46,178 nt of DNA from Treponema sp. GTDB taxonomy: Bacteria; Spirochaetota; Spirochaetia; Treponematales; Treponemataceae. The notes beneath the pieces are model-generated. The model was not told the origin of the DNA, ran no database searches, and saw nothing but the letters and a program-made list of their open reading frames with translations. Within the stretch, counting starts at the first letter, position 1. Each line of letters starts with the position of its first letter. Where the stretch lies: contig JAILNT010000161.1 in NCBI GenBank assembly GCA_024691265.1, forward strand, positions 1 through 46,178, read 5' to 3'. Of the stretch, positions 9,162 through 20,820 are shown piece after piece. Both the position numbers and the translations under genes were made by a program.

Positions 9162-11396
9162 TTATTCTTTATAAAAATTAATGAGACAACCAGCCATGAT
9201 TATCTTACGCTCATCATCTGTAAGCTCACCCAAAGAAAGTTCAAATTCGTTTACAGTTCCATCTTTCTTTATTGCATAAGCTTTTATACTTGAAAGCTTT
9301 TCACTAACCATTTTCTTTACATCTGGAATGAATACATAATCATCATTTGCAAAAGGAAGATTTTTATCGCCTTCTTTATACAAGAATGGCAACATTCCCC
9401 AGTTAATAAGGTTAGAACGATAGCGTTTTGTTGCATATTCGTTTGCAATATTTGCCCAACCACCTAAAACTTTCTGACAGCTTGCAGCCTGCTCACGTGC
9501 AGAACCATCTCCTGGTTTTACAGCAAAAATTGAAGAACCTAAACCTGCCTTAGAAACTCTTCCTTTCATATCTGGATATTTTTCATCAAATACCTTTGAA
9601 ACAGTAGCAACTTCTGCTTGTATTTCAGGAAGGTTATCACGTACTGCCTTTGCTCTTGCAACATAAGCAGGGTCTTTACGACTTAATGTAAATTCTGCAA
9701 GTCCTAGAGGATTTGAACGGAAAGAAGATGTTTCACCAGATGGAATAAGTTCATCTGTAGTTGTAACAGGATCATGTATTTCAGATACAATCTTTATAAG
9801 AAGGTCATCAGATAAAGCTTTCATTGCAGGCCAGTCTTTGATATTTGGTCCAAACTGTATCTCTACTTCTGGGTGTGCAACACCTTTTGAGTCATATACG
9901 CGTTTTTCATATATTGTCTTATCAAAGAAATACTTCTTCTTGCTGAAATCTTCATCAAAACTTGTAGCTGCTGTAAGGAAACCTTTGTTTGCGGCTGTAG
10001 CTGCAATAGAACGAGCGTCCATAAGAGCAACAGAGGCAAGCTGTCCATTCTGAATCTTTGAACCTTCGCGGTTAGGGAAATTTCTTGTAGAATGGCGAAT
10101 TGAGAATGCTCCGTTTGCTGGAGTATCGCCAGCACCAAAACATGGTCCACAGAATGCTGTCTTTATGATGGCTCCGGTTTCCATGAGGGCAGCTGCAGCA
10201 CCATTTTTCATTATTTCAAGATAAATTGGTGTAGAAGCTGGATATACACTAAGTACAAACTTTCCATTTCCAGTATCTTTTCCTTTTAGGATATCTGCTG
10301 CAGCACAAATATTTTCATATCCACCGCCAGCACAACCTGCTATTATTCCCTGGTCAACATAAAGTTTTCCATCAATAATCTTATTTTTCAAGGTGAAATT
10401 TACTTTATCACCAAATGAAACTTTTGCACGCTTTTCTGTTTCCTCAAGAACATCTATAAGATTTTTATTTACATCATCTATTGTGTATGCACAAGAAGGA
10501 TGGAATGGAAGAGCTATCATAGGACGTATTTTATCCAAATCAATCTCTATTGCACCGTCATAATAAGCTCCATCTTCTGGCTTTAATTCCTTATAATCTG
10601 ATTCACGACCATGGATAGCATAGAATTCATGTATTTTTTCATCTGTTGCCCAGATTGAAGAAAGACATGTTGTTTCTGTAGTCATTACATCTATTCCAAT
10701 TCTGAAGTCTGCACTTAGATTCTTTACACCTGGACCTACAAACTCCATAACCTTATTTTTTACATAACCACAATTAAATACTTCTTTTATTATAGCAAGT
10801 GCAACATCTTGAGGGCCAACCCCTCTTACAGGACTTCCTGTAAGATAAATTGCAATAACTCCAGGCATACTTACATCATAAGTTTTTCCAAGAAGCTGCT
10901 TTGCAAGTTCGCCGCCACCTTCTCCTATTGCCATTGTACCTAAAGCACCATAACGAGTGTGACTGTCTGAGCCAAGAATCATATCACCACATTTAGCAAG
11001 CATTTCTCTTGCATACTGATGAATAACAGCTTGATGAGGAGGTACATAAATACCACCATATTTTTGTGCACAAGTAAGACCAAACATGTGGTCATCGTCA
11101 TTTATAGTTCCACCAACGGCACAAAGTGAATTATGACAGTTTGTTAAAACATAAGGCAAAGGAAACTTTTCCATTCCTGAAGCACGGGCAGTCTGTATAA
11201 TTCCTACATATGTAATATCATGTGATGTAATTTTATCAAACTTAATTTTTAAGTTTTTAGCATCACCTGAAATATTATGCTTCTGCAAGATTGAGTATGC
11301 AATTGTTTTTTTTGCACTATCCGCAGGATTTGAATTCCCATTGGATTCAACAAGCTGACCTTTTACAAGATAAGCACCTTTGTCCCATAATTTCAT
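9162..11396 (-). CDS. Aconitase-family [4Fe-4S] hydratase (YbhJ-like)
   Basis: HDIT, IHQ, GSDSHT, GCAGG, CGPC, RNFPNR, TTDEL, GSAREQA motifs. Start set at ATG 11396 after GGAG. Confidence 0.9.
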   Translation of the reverse strand: MKLWDKGAYLVKGQLVESNGNSNPADSAKKTIAYSILQKHNISGDAKNLKIKFDKITSHDITYVGIIQTARASGMEKFPLPYVLTNCHNSLCAVGGTINDDDHMFGLTCAQKYGGIYVPPHQAVIHQYAREMLAKCGDMILGSDSHTRYGALGTMAIGEGGGELAKQLLGKTYDVSMPGVIAIYLTGSPVRGVGPQDVALAIIKEVFNCGYVKNKVMEFVGPGVKNLSADFRIGIDVMTTETTCLSSIWATDEKIHEFYAIHGRESDYKELKPEDGAYYDGAIEIDLDKIRPMIALPFHPSCAYTIDDVNKNLIDVLEETEKRAKVSFGDKVNFTLKNKIIDGKLYVDQGIIAGCAGGGYENICAAADILKGKDTGNGKFVLSVYPASTPIYLEIMKNGAAAALMETGAIIKTAFCGPCFGAGDTPANGAFSIRHSTRNFPNREGSKIQNGQLASVALMDARSIAATAANKGFLTAATSFDEDFSKKKYFFDKTIYEKRVYDSKGVAHPEVEIQFGPNIKDWPAMKALSDDLLIKIVSEIHDPVTTTDELIPSGETSSFRSNPLGLAEFTLSRKDPAYVARAKAVRDNLPEIQAEVATVSKVFDEKYPDMKGRVSKAGLGSSIFAVKPGDGSAREQAASCQKVLGGWANIANEYATKRYRSNLINWGMLPFLYKEGDKNLPFANDDYVFIPDVKKMVSEKLSSIKAYAIKKDGTVNEFELSLGELTDDERKIIMAGCLINFYKE

Positions 11397-11565
11397 AAGT
11401 TTTTTCTCCAAAAAGTATGTTTTCGCTGATTCTTTTCACTTCTATATTCTTATAAAAAAAATTAACATAAATAGTAAAGTTTTACAATGATATAATTGCA
11501 TATTTATTCATTTTTATTCATTTTTTGTTATCTATATACTATTTTTTATACATAAGTTTGCATAG

Positions 11566-11621
11566 AAAAAAAAAGCCTGTTTCTCTTGTCTGCGTGACGC
11601 AAGCATTTGAAACAGGCTTTT
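11566..11621 (-). terminator. Rho-independent terminator after groEL
   Basis: Minus strand AAAAGCCTGTTTC...GAAACAGGC followed by T9. Confidence 0.8.
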
Positions 11622-11683
11622 ATAATCAAGCTACTACATGTTTCATCATAGTTTGATTAAATATTTACCAAGTAAATTATCTA

Positions 11684-13324
<1,641 letters not shown>

Positions 13325-13386
13325 TTAATATTCATAGCTTAATGTAACAAACTATGTTACAATAAGCGATATTTCCTATATCATTG

Positions 13387-13415
13387 AAGATATAAAAAAA
13401 GAATGTGATAGGCAA
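13387..13415 (-). promoter_or_regulatory. Putative sigma70 promoter of groEL
   Basis: Minus strand TTGCCT-N17-TATCTT. Confidence 0.45.
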
Positions 13416-13463
13416 CATTTTTTTTTCGAAAAATATTCATAAATATTAGAGGAGAGGCTAAAA

Positions 13464-13922
13464 ATGGAAGACGACAATTCGATAATAGTTTACACAGACG
13501 GAGGCTGTCATGGAAATCCTGGACCAGGTGGCTGGGGAACCGTAATAATTGCTGATGGAGAAGCAAGACAGCTTTCAGGTGGCGAACATGATACCACAAA
13601 TAATCGCATGGAACTAACAGCAGCTATAAATGCTTTGTCAGTAATTAAAAATACACCTGCATTTAATGGTCGGGCTATAACAATCTATATAGATAGTCAA
13701 TATGTGAAAAATGGAATAACATCATGGATAACAGCTTGGAAATTAAACGGCTGGAAAACAAAAGCAAAAAAGCCTGTGTTAAATAAAGAATTGTGGCAAG
13801 AATTGGATAATCTTGTACAAGGATTAAACATCTCTTGGAATTGGGTAAAAGGACATGCAGGAATTCTATATAATGAAGTTTGTGACCAGCTTTGCCAAAA
13901 AGAAATAGAGGCACATAAATAA
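13464..13922 (+). CDS. rnhA: Ribonuclease HI
   Basis: YTDG.C.GNPGPGG, TTNNRMEL, DSQYV, WVKGHAG, NE.CD. Confidence 0.97.
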   Translation: MEDDNSIIVYTDGGCHGNPGPGGWGTVIIADGEARQLSGGEHDTTNNRMELTAAINALSVIKNTPAFNGRAITIYIDSQYVKNGITSWITAWKLNGWKTKAKKPVLNKELWQELDNLVQGLNISWNWVKGHAGILYNEVCDQLCQKEIEAHK

Positions 13923-13980
13923 TTTACCGATAATATAGATACTTGCAACAATTTTATTAGTCATTATAAGTGAAAGGACA

Positions 13981-15192
13981 ATGAAAAACTTTTTCTATAC
14001 TACATGTGCCATATTTACAGCGACAGCATTAGTTTTAACAACTGGCTGTGAAAAAAAGAACAAGTCTGGAGAACAAAAACTCAAAGAGGATTTATCAGTA
14101 CCAGGGACATATTCAGAAGTTTCTGAAATACCAGATACACATATTTGGTATTCATTCTCTGAAGATGGATTAGAACAAGTTGATTTACCACAGAATGCTG
14201 CTCAAAAACTTTTAAAGCCTTGGACTGAAGCAATACGAATTTCTAGTACTGCTACTGCAATGTATCCACCTCTTGAAGAATCCAGTTCTACAAAAGTGCC
14301 TCCTGCATATGCAATAGTAAATCATTTAGGAATACTTGCTATTGATTCTGATAATATGAATCTTATACAAGATCCCGCAACTTTTAATAATTGCACAGCA
14401 GGAAATCTAGTATTTTTCGGAGATACTCCATTATTTTCGTTATACAAAAATAGTTTTTTCAATAACTCGATTTCAACATCTGCAAATAATGACCAAGCCA
14501 TTTTTCTAGAAAAATATGACAGAGCATCAAAAATCTGTATTCCTCTAGTATCTTATAAAAATCTTGCAATAGAAGGTAAATCTCAAATTACAGATTTTGA
14601 CTGGAATGGGGTAGACTGGATTTGTTCTATTAAAACCGTTACTCCTGAAAGAGTACTATTTAATTATTTGAGATGGACACCTAATGGAAGTATTCTTGAC
14701 CTATCCCCTATAAGTAACAGTAACAAAATTTCAATAAAAGAAGCTGAGCCTGATGACTTCAGAAAGCAAAAAATGCCAACAGATTTTTCTAATGCTCCTG
14801 ATAAACTTCAAAAATTACTTGCAGTTATTCCTGATGATTTTAGTTATTATATGATATGTGAACAAGCAGGAGGTTTCTCTCCTAAAACCTATACACATGG
14901 TAGTCAAGAAGATGGATTTGGAGGAACGGCTTTGTTAGGAGATACTTATACTATTGCCATATTTCAAGACGGTACCACATACATATCAGGAGCTTTATAT
15001 AACAAACATATAATAGGAAGAGAAGCTGCTGTTGCTTTCAGACTTCCAAAACTTCCATCAGGATATAGCTATGGAAATTTTGCAATCAGTGGCTCTTATC
15101 TATATGTAGCTTGGGAAGAATCAGACTTTTATCAAACAGGAAGAAGCGGTTTGATAAAAGTAAATCTGGACAAAGTTCTATATGCGGAATAA
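13981..15192 (+). CDS. Hypothetical lipoprotein
   Basis: Hydrophobic leader ending LVLTTG-C followed by a charged linker (EKKNK). Confidence 0.75.
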   Translation: MKNFFYTTCAIFTATALVLTTGCEKKNKSGEQKLKEDLSVPGTYSEVSEIPDTHIWYSFSEDGLEQVDLPQNAAQKLLKPWTEAIRISSTATAMYPPLEESSSTKVPPAYAIVNHLGILAIDSDNMNLIQDPATFNNCTAGNLVFFGDTPLFSLYKNSFFNNSISTSANNDQAIFLEKYDRASKICIPLVSYKNLAIEGKSQITDFDWNGVDWICSIKTVTPERVLFNYLRWTPNGSILDLSPISNSNKISIKEAEPDDFRKQKMPTDFSNAPDKLQKLLAVIPDDFSYYMICEQAGGFSPKTYTHGSQEDGFGGTALLGDTYTIAIFQDGTTYISGALYNKHIIGREAAVAFRLPKLPSGYSYGNFAISGSYLYVAWEESDFYQTGRSGLIKVNLDKVLYAE

Positions 15193-15826
15193 AAGCAACC
15201 TATTTTTTATAGCACTTGTACTTTTTATAAATATAAGTGCTTTTGGAAACACTTTTTTCTCACTAGGTCCAATTTTAAATATAAGCTTAGATGAAAACAG
15301 TGCACCTAATCCAATTTCTTATTCTTTAGGGGTTGGGAAAATTTTTGATATAAATGAAACATTTTCAATACAACCAAGAATAACTTTATTTACACAATAT
15401 TATTTATGGAGTGGAGAAAAAGCCCTCCCTGCAGAAATTGAAAATAGAACAGCTTTTACAAGCTGCTCTATTATCGATATTCCTATCAATATAACTTTAT
15501 TAGAAAATAATACTAAGACAAAGTCGTTTGAAGCCGGAATTGGTCCTTCATTCTTTCTACGATATGCTTTTCTTGCAAATGGAGTAAAAAGTTCTGATTC
15601 TGGTGTAAGTGGAACAGCAGCAAGTGATATAAAAAAAATAAATAGCTACTTTTACAACAATCTTAACTATTTGTATACTGAATTATATTTTTCATTAAAT
15701 TATAAAACAAAAAAAAAGATAACTATAGGATTAGAAAGCAAATATTATTTAGCAATACAATCTTTGATAAATAAAAATTTCTTCAATCAAAACATGTTTA
15801 CAGTATCTATAAGATTTCTATTTTAA
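15182..15826 (+). CDS. Hypothetical exported protein, probable outer-membrane beta-barrel
   Basis: Signal peptide (...ISAFG), alternating hydrophobic strands, C-terminal FTVSIRFLF resembling a BamA beta-signal. Confidence 0.6.
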   Translation: MRNKSNLFFIALVLFINISAFGNTFFSLGPILNISLDENSAPNPISYSLGVGKIFDINETFSIQPRITLFTQYYLWSGEKALPAEIENRTAFTSCSIIDIPINITLLENNTKTKSFEAGIGPSFFLRYAFLANGVKSSDSGVSGTAASDIKKINSYFYNNLNYLYTELYFSLNYKTKKKITIGLESKYYLAIQSLINKNFFNQNMFTVSIRFLF

Positions 15827-15862
15827 AAAATAAAGCCACTCTTGCAAAACGAAGAGTGGCTT
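15825..15862 (-). terminator. Terminator ending the alpha operon
   Basis: Minus strand AAGCCACTCTT...AAGAGTGGCTTTATTTTTT. Confidence 0.85.
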
Positions 15863-15891
15863 GAAAACAAGAAACTTAATTCTAATTACAA

Positions 15892-16116
15892 TTAAGCATT
15901 TGCTTCTTCTGCAGGTGCAGCAGCTTTTGCAGCACGAGCATTTTTACGTGCAATGTTCTTTAATGCAGCATTACAAAATTTACAAACTTTGCCTTTAGTT
16001 CCATCAAATTCAACTTCATATAAAGTTTTGATGTTATCTATGCCACAACGAACACACTTTCCACGTCCGTGGTTAGGCTCATTACGAATACCTGTTCCGC
16101 GATGTGATTTAGACAT
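15892..16116 (-). CDS. Small basic putative zinc-binding protein (CxxC...CxxC), last gene of the alpha operon
   Basis: AAGGAG SD, start 18 nt after the rplQ stop; CVRC and CKFC; terminator follows it. Confidence 0.85.
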   Translation of the reverse strand: MSKSHRGTGIRNEPNHGRGKCVRCGIDNIKTLYEVEFDGTKGKVCKFCNAALKNIARKNARAAKAAAPAEEANA

Positions 16117-16134
16117 ATTCCAACTCCTTCTGCT

Positions 16135-16692
16135 TTATTTAGACTCTGCTGTTTCTGCAGCAGCTTTCTCTGTTTTAGCTTTTGTTGTCTTTCCAGCAGA
16201 AGCTTTTTTAGCAGGAGACTTTCTAGTTGTAGTTGTCTTCTTTGGCTCTTTAGCTTCTTTAGAAGGTGTTTTTTCTGCTTTTGGAGCTTTTGTTGCCTTC
16301 TTTGCCTTTGGAGCTTCATCTTCAGTAGTTGGTAACTTATAATCAACTAACTCAAGAAGAACTACATCTGCAGCATCTCCAGCACGAAATCCCATCTTCA
16401 AAACACGAGTATAACCACCATTACGCTCTTTCATACGAGGACTGATTTCTGTGAAAAGTTTATTCAAAATCTTTTCGTCCTGAATGAATTTTGCAACTTC
16501 ACGACGATTATGAACGCTATCGACTTTAGCACGTGTAATCAGCTTTTCAGCAGCCTTACGTACTTCCAAAGCCTTTGATTTTGTAGTGGTAATGCGCTCA
16601 TATCTAAAGAGTGATGTTACCATATTACGCGACATAGCACGGCGATGTGCTGTTGTGCGAGAAAGCGGATTAAATCCGATCTTATGATTCAT
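16135..16692 (-). CDS. rplQ: 50S ribosomal protein L17 with a Lys/Ala/Thr-rich C-terminal extension
   Basis: [21 protein letters not shown]. Confidence 0.98.
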   Translation of the reverse strand: MNHKIGFNPLSRTTAHRRAMSRNMVTSLFRYERITTTKSKALEVRKAAEKLITRAKVDSVHNRREVAKFIQDEKILNKLFTEISPRMKERNGGYTRVLKMGFRAGDAADVVLLELVDYKLPTTEDEAPKAKKATKAPKAEKTPSKEAKEPKKTTTTRKSPAKKASAGKTTKAKTEKAAAETAESK

Positions 16693-17743
16693 TTGTTTCT
16701 TCCTTTGGCTTCGTTAAGTTGACAGAATTTTTCAGATGACTGTAATCACTCATACCAAGAGTAAGATTCCATTCCTGGAGCTTATCTTTGATTTCTGCAA
16801 GACTCTTTTTACCAAAATTACGAGTCTTAGCTATGTCATCTTCTGTCTTCCTGGTTAATTCGCCGATTGTGCGAATATTGGCATTTTTAAGACAGTGGGA
16901 AGATCTAACAGTTAATTCAAGTTCTTCTACAGGAGTATTTAACAACTGAAGAATTCTCTCATCACCTTCATCTAACTCATCTCCATTTGAAACATCAGCA
17001 TCATTGAAGTTAATAAAAATAGCAAAATGATCTTTAGCTATTTTAGCAGCCTCTGCTAATGCATCCTCAGGAGCAATAGTTCCATCTGTCCAGACTTCAA
17101 GAATAAGTTTATCGTAATCGTTACGCTGTCCAACGCGGCAAGGTTCTATTGAATATTTAACCTTTGGCACAGGTGTGAAAATACAGTCCATAGGAATTGT
17201 GCCTACAGCATCAAGTTCCTTGTACTTTTCATTCACTTCAGCGGGCACATATCCTCTTCCAAGATCAACTTCAACTTCCATATCAACATGGCAACCTTCC
17301 ATCATAGTCATGACAGTTAAGTCTTTTGTTGTTACTTCAAGCTGATCTTCTTTATTAAAGTCCTGACTCATTACTTTGCCAGGTCCTTTAAATTCAAAGA
17401 GAAGTGTAGCCTGCTCTTGGTCTTGCGGCAACCGCAAACGAATCTGTTTCAAACTGTTCAAGACTTCGAGCGTATCTTCAGATACATTTGGTATCTTTTC
17501 AAATTCGCTAGAAATGACATGAGGAACACCATCTGCATCATAAGACGTAATTCTTACAGAAGATATTGCATACCCCTGAATTGAAGATAATAACACACGG
17601 CGGAGTGCATTTCCCACTGTTGTGCCAAATCCAGGTTCAAATGGATATGCAGTAAACTTTCCATAATTTGGATTAACGTCGAGATGCTCAAATGTAATGC
17701 CTTTAGGCTTTTTGAAACCTTTAAGCAGATTTTTGCGAGCCAT
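16682..17743 (-). CDS. rpoA: RNA polymerase alpha subunit
   Basis: [21 protein letters not shown]; CTD ELTVRS, NFGKKSL. Confidence 0.99.
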   Translation of the reverse strand: MARKNLLKGFKKPKGITFEHLDVNPNYGKFTAYPFEPGFGTTVGNALRRVLLSSIQGYAISSVRITSYDADGVPHVISSEFEKIPNVSEDTLEVLNSLKQIRLRLPQDQEQATLLFEFKGPGKVMSQDFNKEDQLEVTTKDLTVMTMMEGCHVDMEVEVDLGRGYVPAEVNEKYKELDAVGTIPMDCIFTPVPKVKYSIEPCRVGQRNDYDKLILEVWTDGTIAPEDALAEAAKIAKDHFAIFINFNDADVSNGDELDEGDERILQLLNTPVEELELTVRSSHCLKNANIRTIGELTRKTEDDIAKTRNFGKKSLAEIKDKLQEWNLTLGMSDYSHLKNSVNLTKPKEETNES

Positions 17744-17752
17744 CTGAACTCC

Positions 17753-18388
17753 TTATTTAGAATAGAGCTCAACCACGAGCTGTTCTTTTACGTCGGCCAA
17801 ATCAGTTACTTCTTCACGGCGAGGATACTGAACAAAAGTGCCCTTTACGGCATCTACATCAACAGTAATCCAAGGCACATTTCCAGACTGAGCTTCTTCT
17901 TTCAATCCATCTTGAATAACTGCTAACTTCTTGCTCTTTTCCTTTATTTCGATAACATCACCAGGCTTAACATTGTAGCTAGGAACGTTAACGATCTTTC
18001 CATTCACCAATACATGGCGATGAGAAACTACTTGACGAGCCTGATTACGACATGATGCAAAATGCATTCTGTACACAACGTTATCAAGACGGCTTTCGAG
18101 CAACTGAATCAAATTTTCACCTGTTACACCAGGCATTGTCAAAGCACGTGCAAAAGTGAGATGGAACTGCTTTTCGAGCATTCCATAAATTCTCTTAATC
18201 TTCTGCTTTTCACGAAGCTGTAAACCATATTCACTACGCTTTCCAGCACGAGCTTTTGGATCCTTTCCAGGAGCTCCACGTTTCTTATTAATAGGGCACT
18301 TATCGCTCTTACAGCGTTCACCCTTGAGAAACAATTTCTTCTGTTCTGTTCTGCACTGTCTACAAACAGGACCTGTGTATCTAGCCAT
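17753..18388 (-). CDS. rpsD: 30S ribosomal protein S4 (zinc-motif form)
   Basis: MARYTGPVCRQCR, QLREKQK, LESRLDNVVYR, VVELYSK. Confidence 0.99.
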   Translation of the reverse strand: MARYTGPVCRQCRTEQKKLFLKGERCKSDKCPINKKRGAPGKDPKARAGKRSEYGLQLREKQKIKRIYGMLEKQFHLTFARALTMPGVTGENLIQLLESRLDNVVYRMHFASCRNQARQVVSHRHVLVNGKIVNVPSYNVKPGDVIEIKEKSKKLAVIQDGLKEEAQSGNVPWITVDVDAVKGTFVQYPRREEVTDLADVKEQLVVELYSK

Positions 18389-18403
18389 TTACGGGTATTC
18401 TCC

Positions 18404-18784
18404 TTACATGCGACGAGTTTTGCGAGGGCGACAACCGTTATGAGGTATTGGAGTTACATCAGAAATTGACTTTACCTTCAATCCCATAGAGCCCAATGCA
18501 CGAACTGCATTTTCGCGACCAACTCCAGGTCCCTTCACAAAAACGTGAACTTCACGAAGACCATAGCTTACAGCCTTCTGAACTGCAGTTTCTGCTACTG
18601 TCTGAGCAGCAAACGGAGTAGATTTTTTTGCTCCGCGGAATCCCAAACCACCTGATGATGCCCAAGAAAGTGCATTACCATTCAAATCTGTAATTGTAAT
18701 GATAGTGTTATTGAAAGTTGCCTGAATATAAACATTACCTTCATAAACACTCTTCTTTTCCTTTCGCTTTTTCTGGGTAGCCAT
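18404..18784 (-). CDS. rpsK: 30S ribosomal protein S11
   Basis: ATFNNT, KSTPFAA, PHNGCRP. Confidence 0.99.
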   Translation of the reverse strand: MATQKKRKEKKSVYEGNVYIQATFNNTIITITDLNGNALSWASSGGLGFRGAKKSTPFAAQTVAETAVQKAVSYGLREVHVFVKGPGVGRENAVRALGSMGLKVKSISDVTPIPHNGCRPRKTRRM

Positions 18785-18801
18785 TAACTTAAACCTCCGC
18801 C

Positions 18802-19170
18802 TTATGCTTTCTTCTTATTGGCAACGGTCTTCTTCTTACCCTTGCGTGTACGAGAATTTGTGCGGGTGCGCTGTCCACGACAAGGCAAACCCTTGCGATG
18901 ACGTGTACCACGGTAGCATCCAATGTCTATAAGGCGTTTGATGTTAAGACCAATCTCTGAACGAAGACGGCCTTCAACCTTGTATTCAGCATCAATAGCT
19001 GTGCGCAACTTATTAAGATCTTCCTGAGAAAGATCATTCATCATTGCATTTGGATCAATCTTTGTAACCTCACAAAGATGTGCTGCTGCAGACCGTCCAA
19101 TCCCATAAATATAGGTCAATGCGATATTGACATGTTTATTTGGGAGGTCAACTCCTTCAATTCGAGCCAT
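18802..19170 (-). CDS. rpsM: 30S ribosomal protein S13
   Basis: [17 protein letters not shown]. Confidence 0.99.
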   Translation of the reverse strand: MARIEGVDLPNKHVNIALTYIYGIGRSAAAHLCEVTKIDPNAMMNDLSQEDLNKLRTAIDAEYKVEGRLRSEIGLNIKRLIDIGCYRGTRHRKGLPCRGQRTRTNSRTRKGKKKTVANKKKA

Positions 19171-19180
19171 CTGTTACTCC

Positions 19181-19294
19181 TCAACCCTGTCTCTGCTTGT
19201 GCTTTGGATTAGAGCAAATGATACGGACAATACCGTTGCGTTTGATAACCTTACACTTGTCACAAATGGGCTTTACGCTGGTTCGTACTTTCAT
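19181..19294 (-). CDS. rpmJ: 50S ribosomal protein L36 (below the ORF-track size cut-off)
   Basis: Manual translation [37 protein letters not shown]. Confidence 0.98.
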   Translation of the reverse strand: MKVRTSVKPICDKCKVIKRNGIVRIICSNPKHKQRQG

Positions 19295-19322
19295 AAAAGT
19301 CCCCCATGGGAAAGTGATTATA

Positions 19323-19379
19323 AAACCCGAATTATGGCAACTCGCAATGAGCTACAATCCGGGTTTCGTAAATATACCA
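19323..19379 (-). promoter_or_regulatory. Extended -10 promoter and long leader hairpin of the rpmJ-alpha operon
   Basis: Minus strand TGGTATATT, then AAACCCGGATT-GTAGCTC-loop-GAGTTGC-CAT-AATTCGGGTTT. Confidence 0.5.
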
Positions 19380-19460
19380 CAAAGTCCCAATCTTATTCTA
19401 GTCGTAATTCACGAATTTTTGAGAATTTACAATAAATTTATAAGAATTCTATGCAAATAA

Positions 19461-20804
19461 CTATAAATTTCGTGAACGAAGTTTGCCCTTCTTTACTAAT
19501 CCATCATGATGATGCATTTTCAAAAGAGCTTCCACCTGACTCATAGTATCCAAATCAACTCCAACAAGAATAAGCAATGAAGTTCCACCCATCAATGTCG
19601 AAATTGACTGTGGAAAATGCAAAAAATTCTGAATTAAAGTTGGTAATACAGCAATAACTGCTAGATACAATGATCCTGGTAATACCAGTCTATTTAACAC
19701 TCTTTGTAAATATGACTCAGTTTCTGTTGTTCTGATTCCAGGAATAGAACCACCGTTCTCACGGATACTTTTTGCTATGTCAGTAGGGTTCAGTGTTACC
19801 TGAGTGTAGAAGTAAGCAAAAAATACAATCAACAAAACTAAAATTATATTGTAACACAAACCTGTAGGTGACAAAAGGTTTGACAACTTGGAAATCCAAT
19901 TAGAAGCCTTAGGGCTTGATGCCAAACTTGATGCAATCTGCAAAGGAAGTGTTAAGAAAGAAGATGCAAAAATAACTGGAATAACTCCAGATGGATTAAT
20001 TTTAAATGGAATGTAAACGTCATTGACGCCATACATTCTATGTCCCACTACACGCTTTGCATAATGTACTGGAATCTTACGTTCGCCAGACTGTTCATAA
20101 ACAACCAAAACAACGATAGCTATAAACATTACAACAGCCAAAATAACAAATACAATGTTTATATCTGAATTAGGACTAGAAACTCTGTTTATTAACTCAA
20201 TTATAGCATGTGGCAATCTAGCTACAATACCAGCAAAGATAATCATAGAAATACCATTACCGATACCTTTAGATGTAATTTGATTACCAAGCCAAACTGT
20301 TACCATTGCTCCTGTTGTTACAGTCAAAATAGTAAGCAGTCTAAATGCAAACATATTATCCCTAAGAATAATAGCTCCAGGGATACTTGATGCATAGACT
20401 GTTACTGCAAGAGACTGAACAATACAAACAATTATTGTTCCAATGCGTGTCCAAGATGCAACTTTACGCTGCCCACCATCTTCCATAGCAGCTCTCTTCA
20501 AGCTTGGGAAAATGATAAGAGCTAATTGCATAATAATCTGTGTTGAAATGTAAGGCATTACACCTAACATAAATACAGAAAAATTAGAAAACGCACCGCC
20601 GGCGAAAAAGTCCATATAACTGGCAAACGCATTTTTATTCTGTGCCGCCAAATCCTCAAAGTATTTTAACAATACACCAGCATCAATGCCAGGTATTGTT
20701 AAAACACTTCCTAGGCGAAACACGGCAAGTATAACAAAAGTAAAAAGCATGCGATCACGCAATTCTTTTACTTTAAACATATTTACAACAGGATTGTTTG
20801 CCAT
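19461..20804 (-). CDS. secY: Preprotein translocase SecY
   Basis: LGVMPYIS, GIGNGIS, GVIPVIFA, IPGIR, GGTSLLI. Confidence 0.99.
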   Translation of the reverse strand: MANNPVVNMFKVKELRDRMLFTFVILAVFRLGSVLTIPGIDAGVLLKYFEDLAAQNKNAFASYMDFFAGGAFSNFSVFMLGVMPYISTQIIMQLALIIFPSLKRAAMEDGGQRKVASWTRIGTIIVCIVQSLAVTVYASSIPGAIILRDNMFAFRLLTILTVTTGAMVTVWLGNQITSKGIGNGISMIIFAGIVARLPHAIIELINRVSSPNSDINIVFVILAVVMFIAIVVLVVYEQSGERKIPVHYAKRVVGHRMYGVNDVYIPFKINPSGVIPVIFASSFLTLPLQIASSLASSPKASNWISKLSNLLSPTGLCYNIILVLLIVFFAYFYTQVTLNPTDIAKSIRENGGSIPGIRTTETESYLQRVLNRLVLPGSLYLAVIAVLPTLIQNFLHFPQSISTLMGGTSLLILVGVDLDTMSQVEALLKMHHHDGLVKKGKLRSRNL

Positions 20805-20820
20805 GTTTTAACTCCGTCGC

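Noticed and set aside
19295-19460. Absence of adk, map and infA after secY as a novelty
   Set aside because: Direct secY-rpmJ adjacency is common, including in spirochetes.
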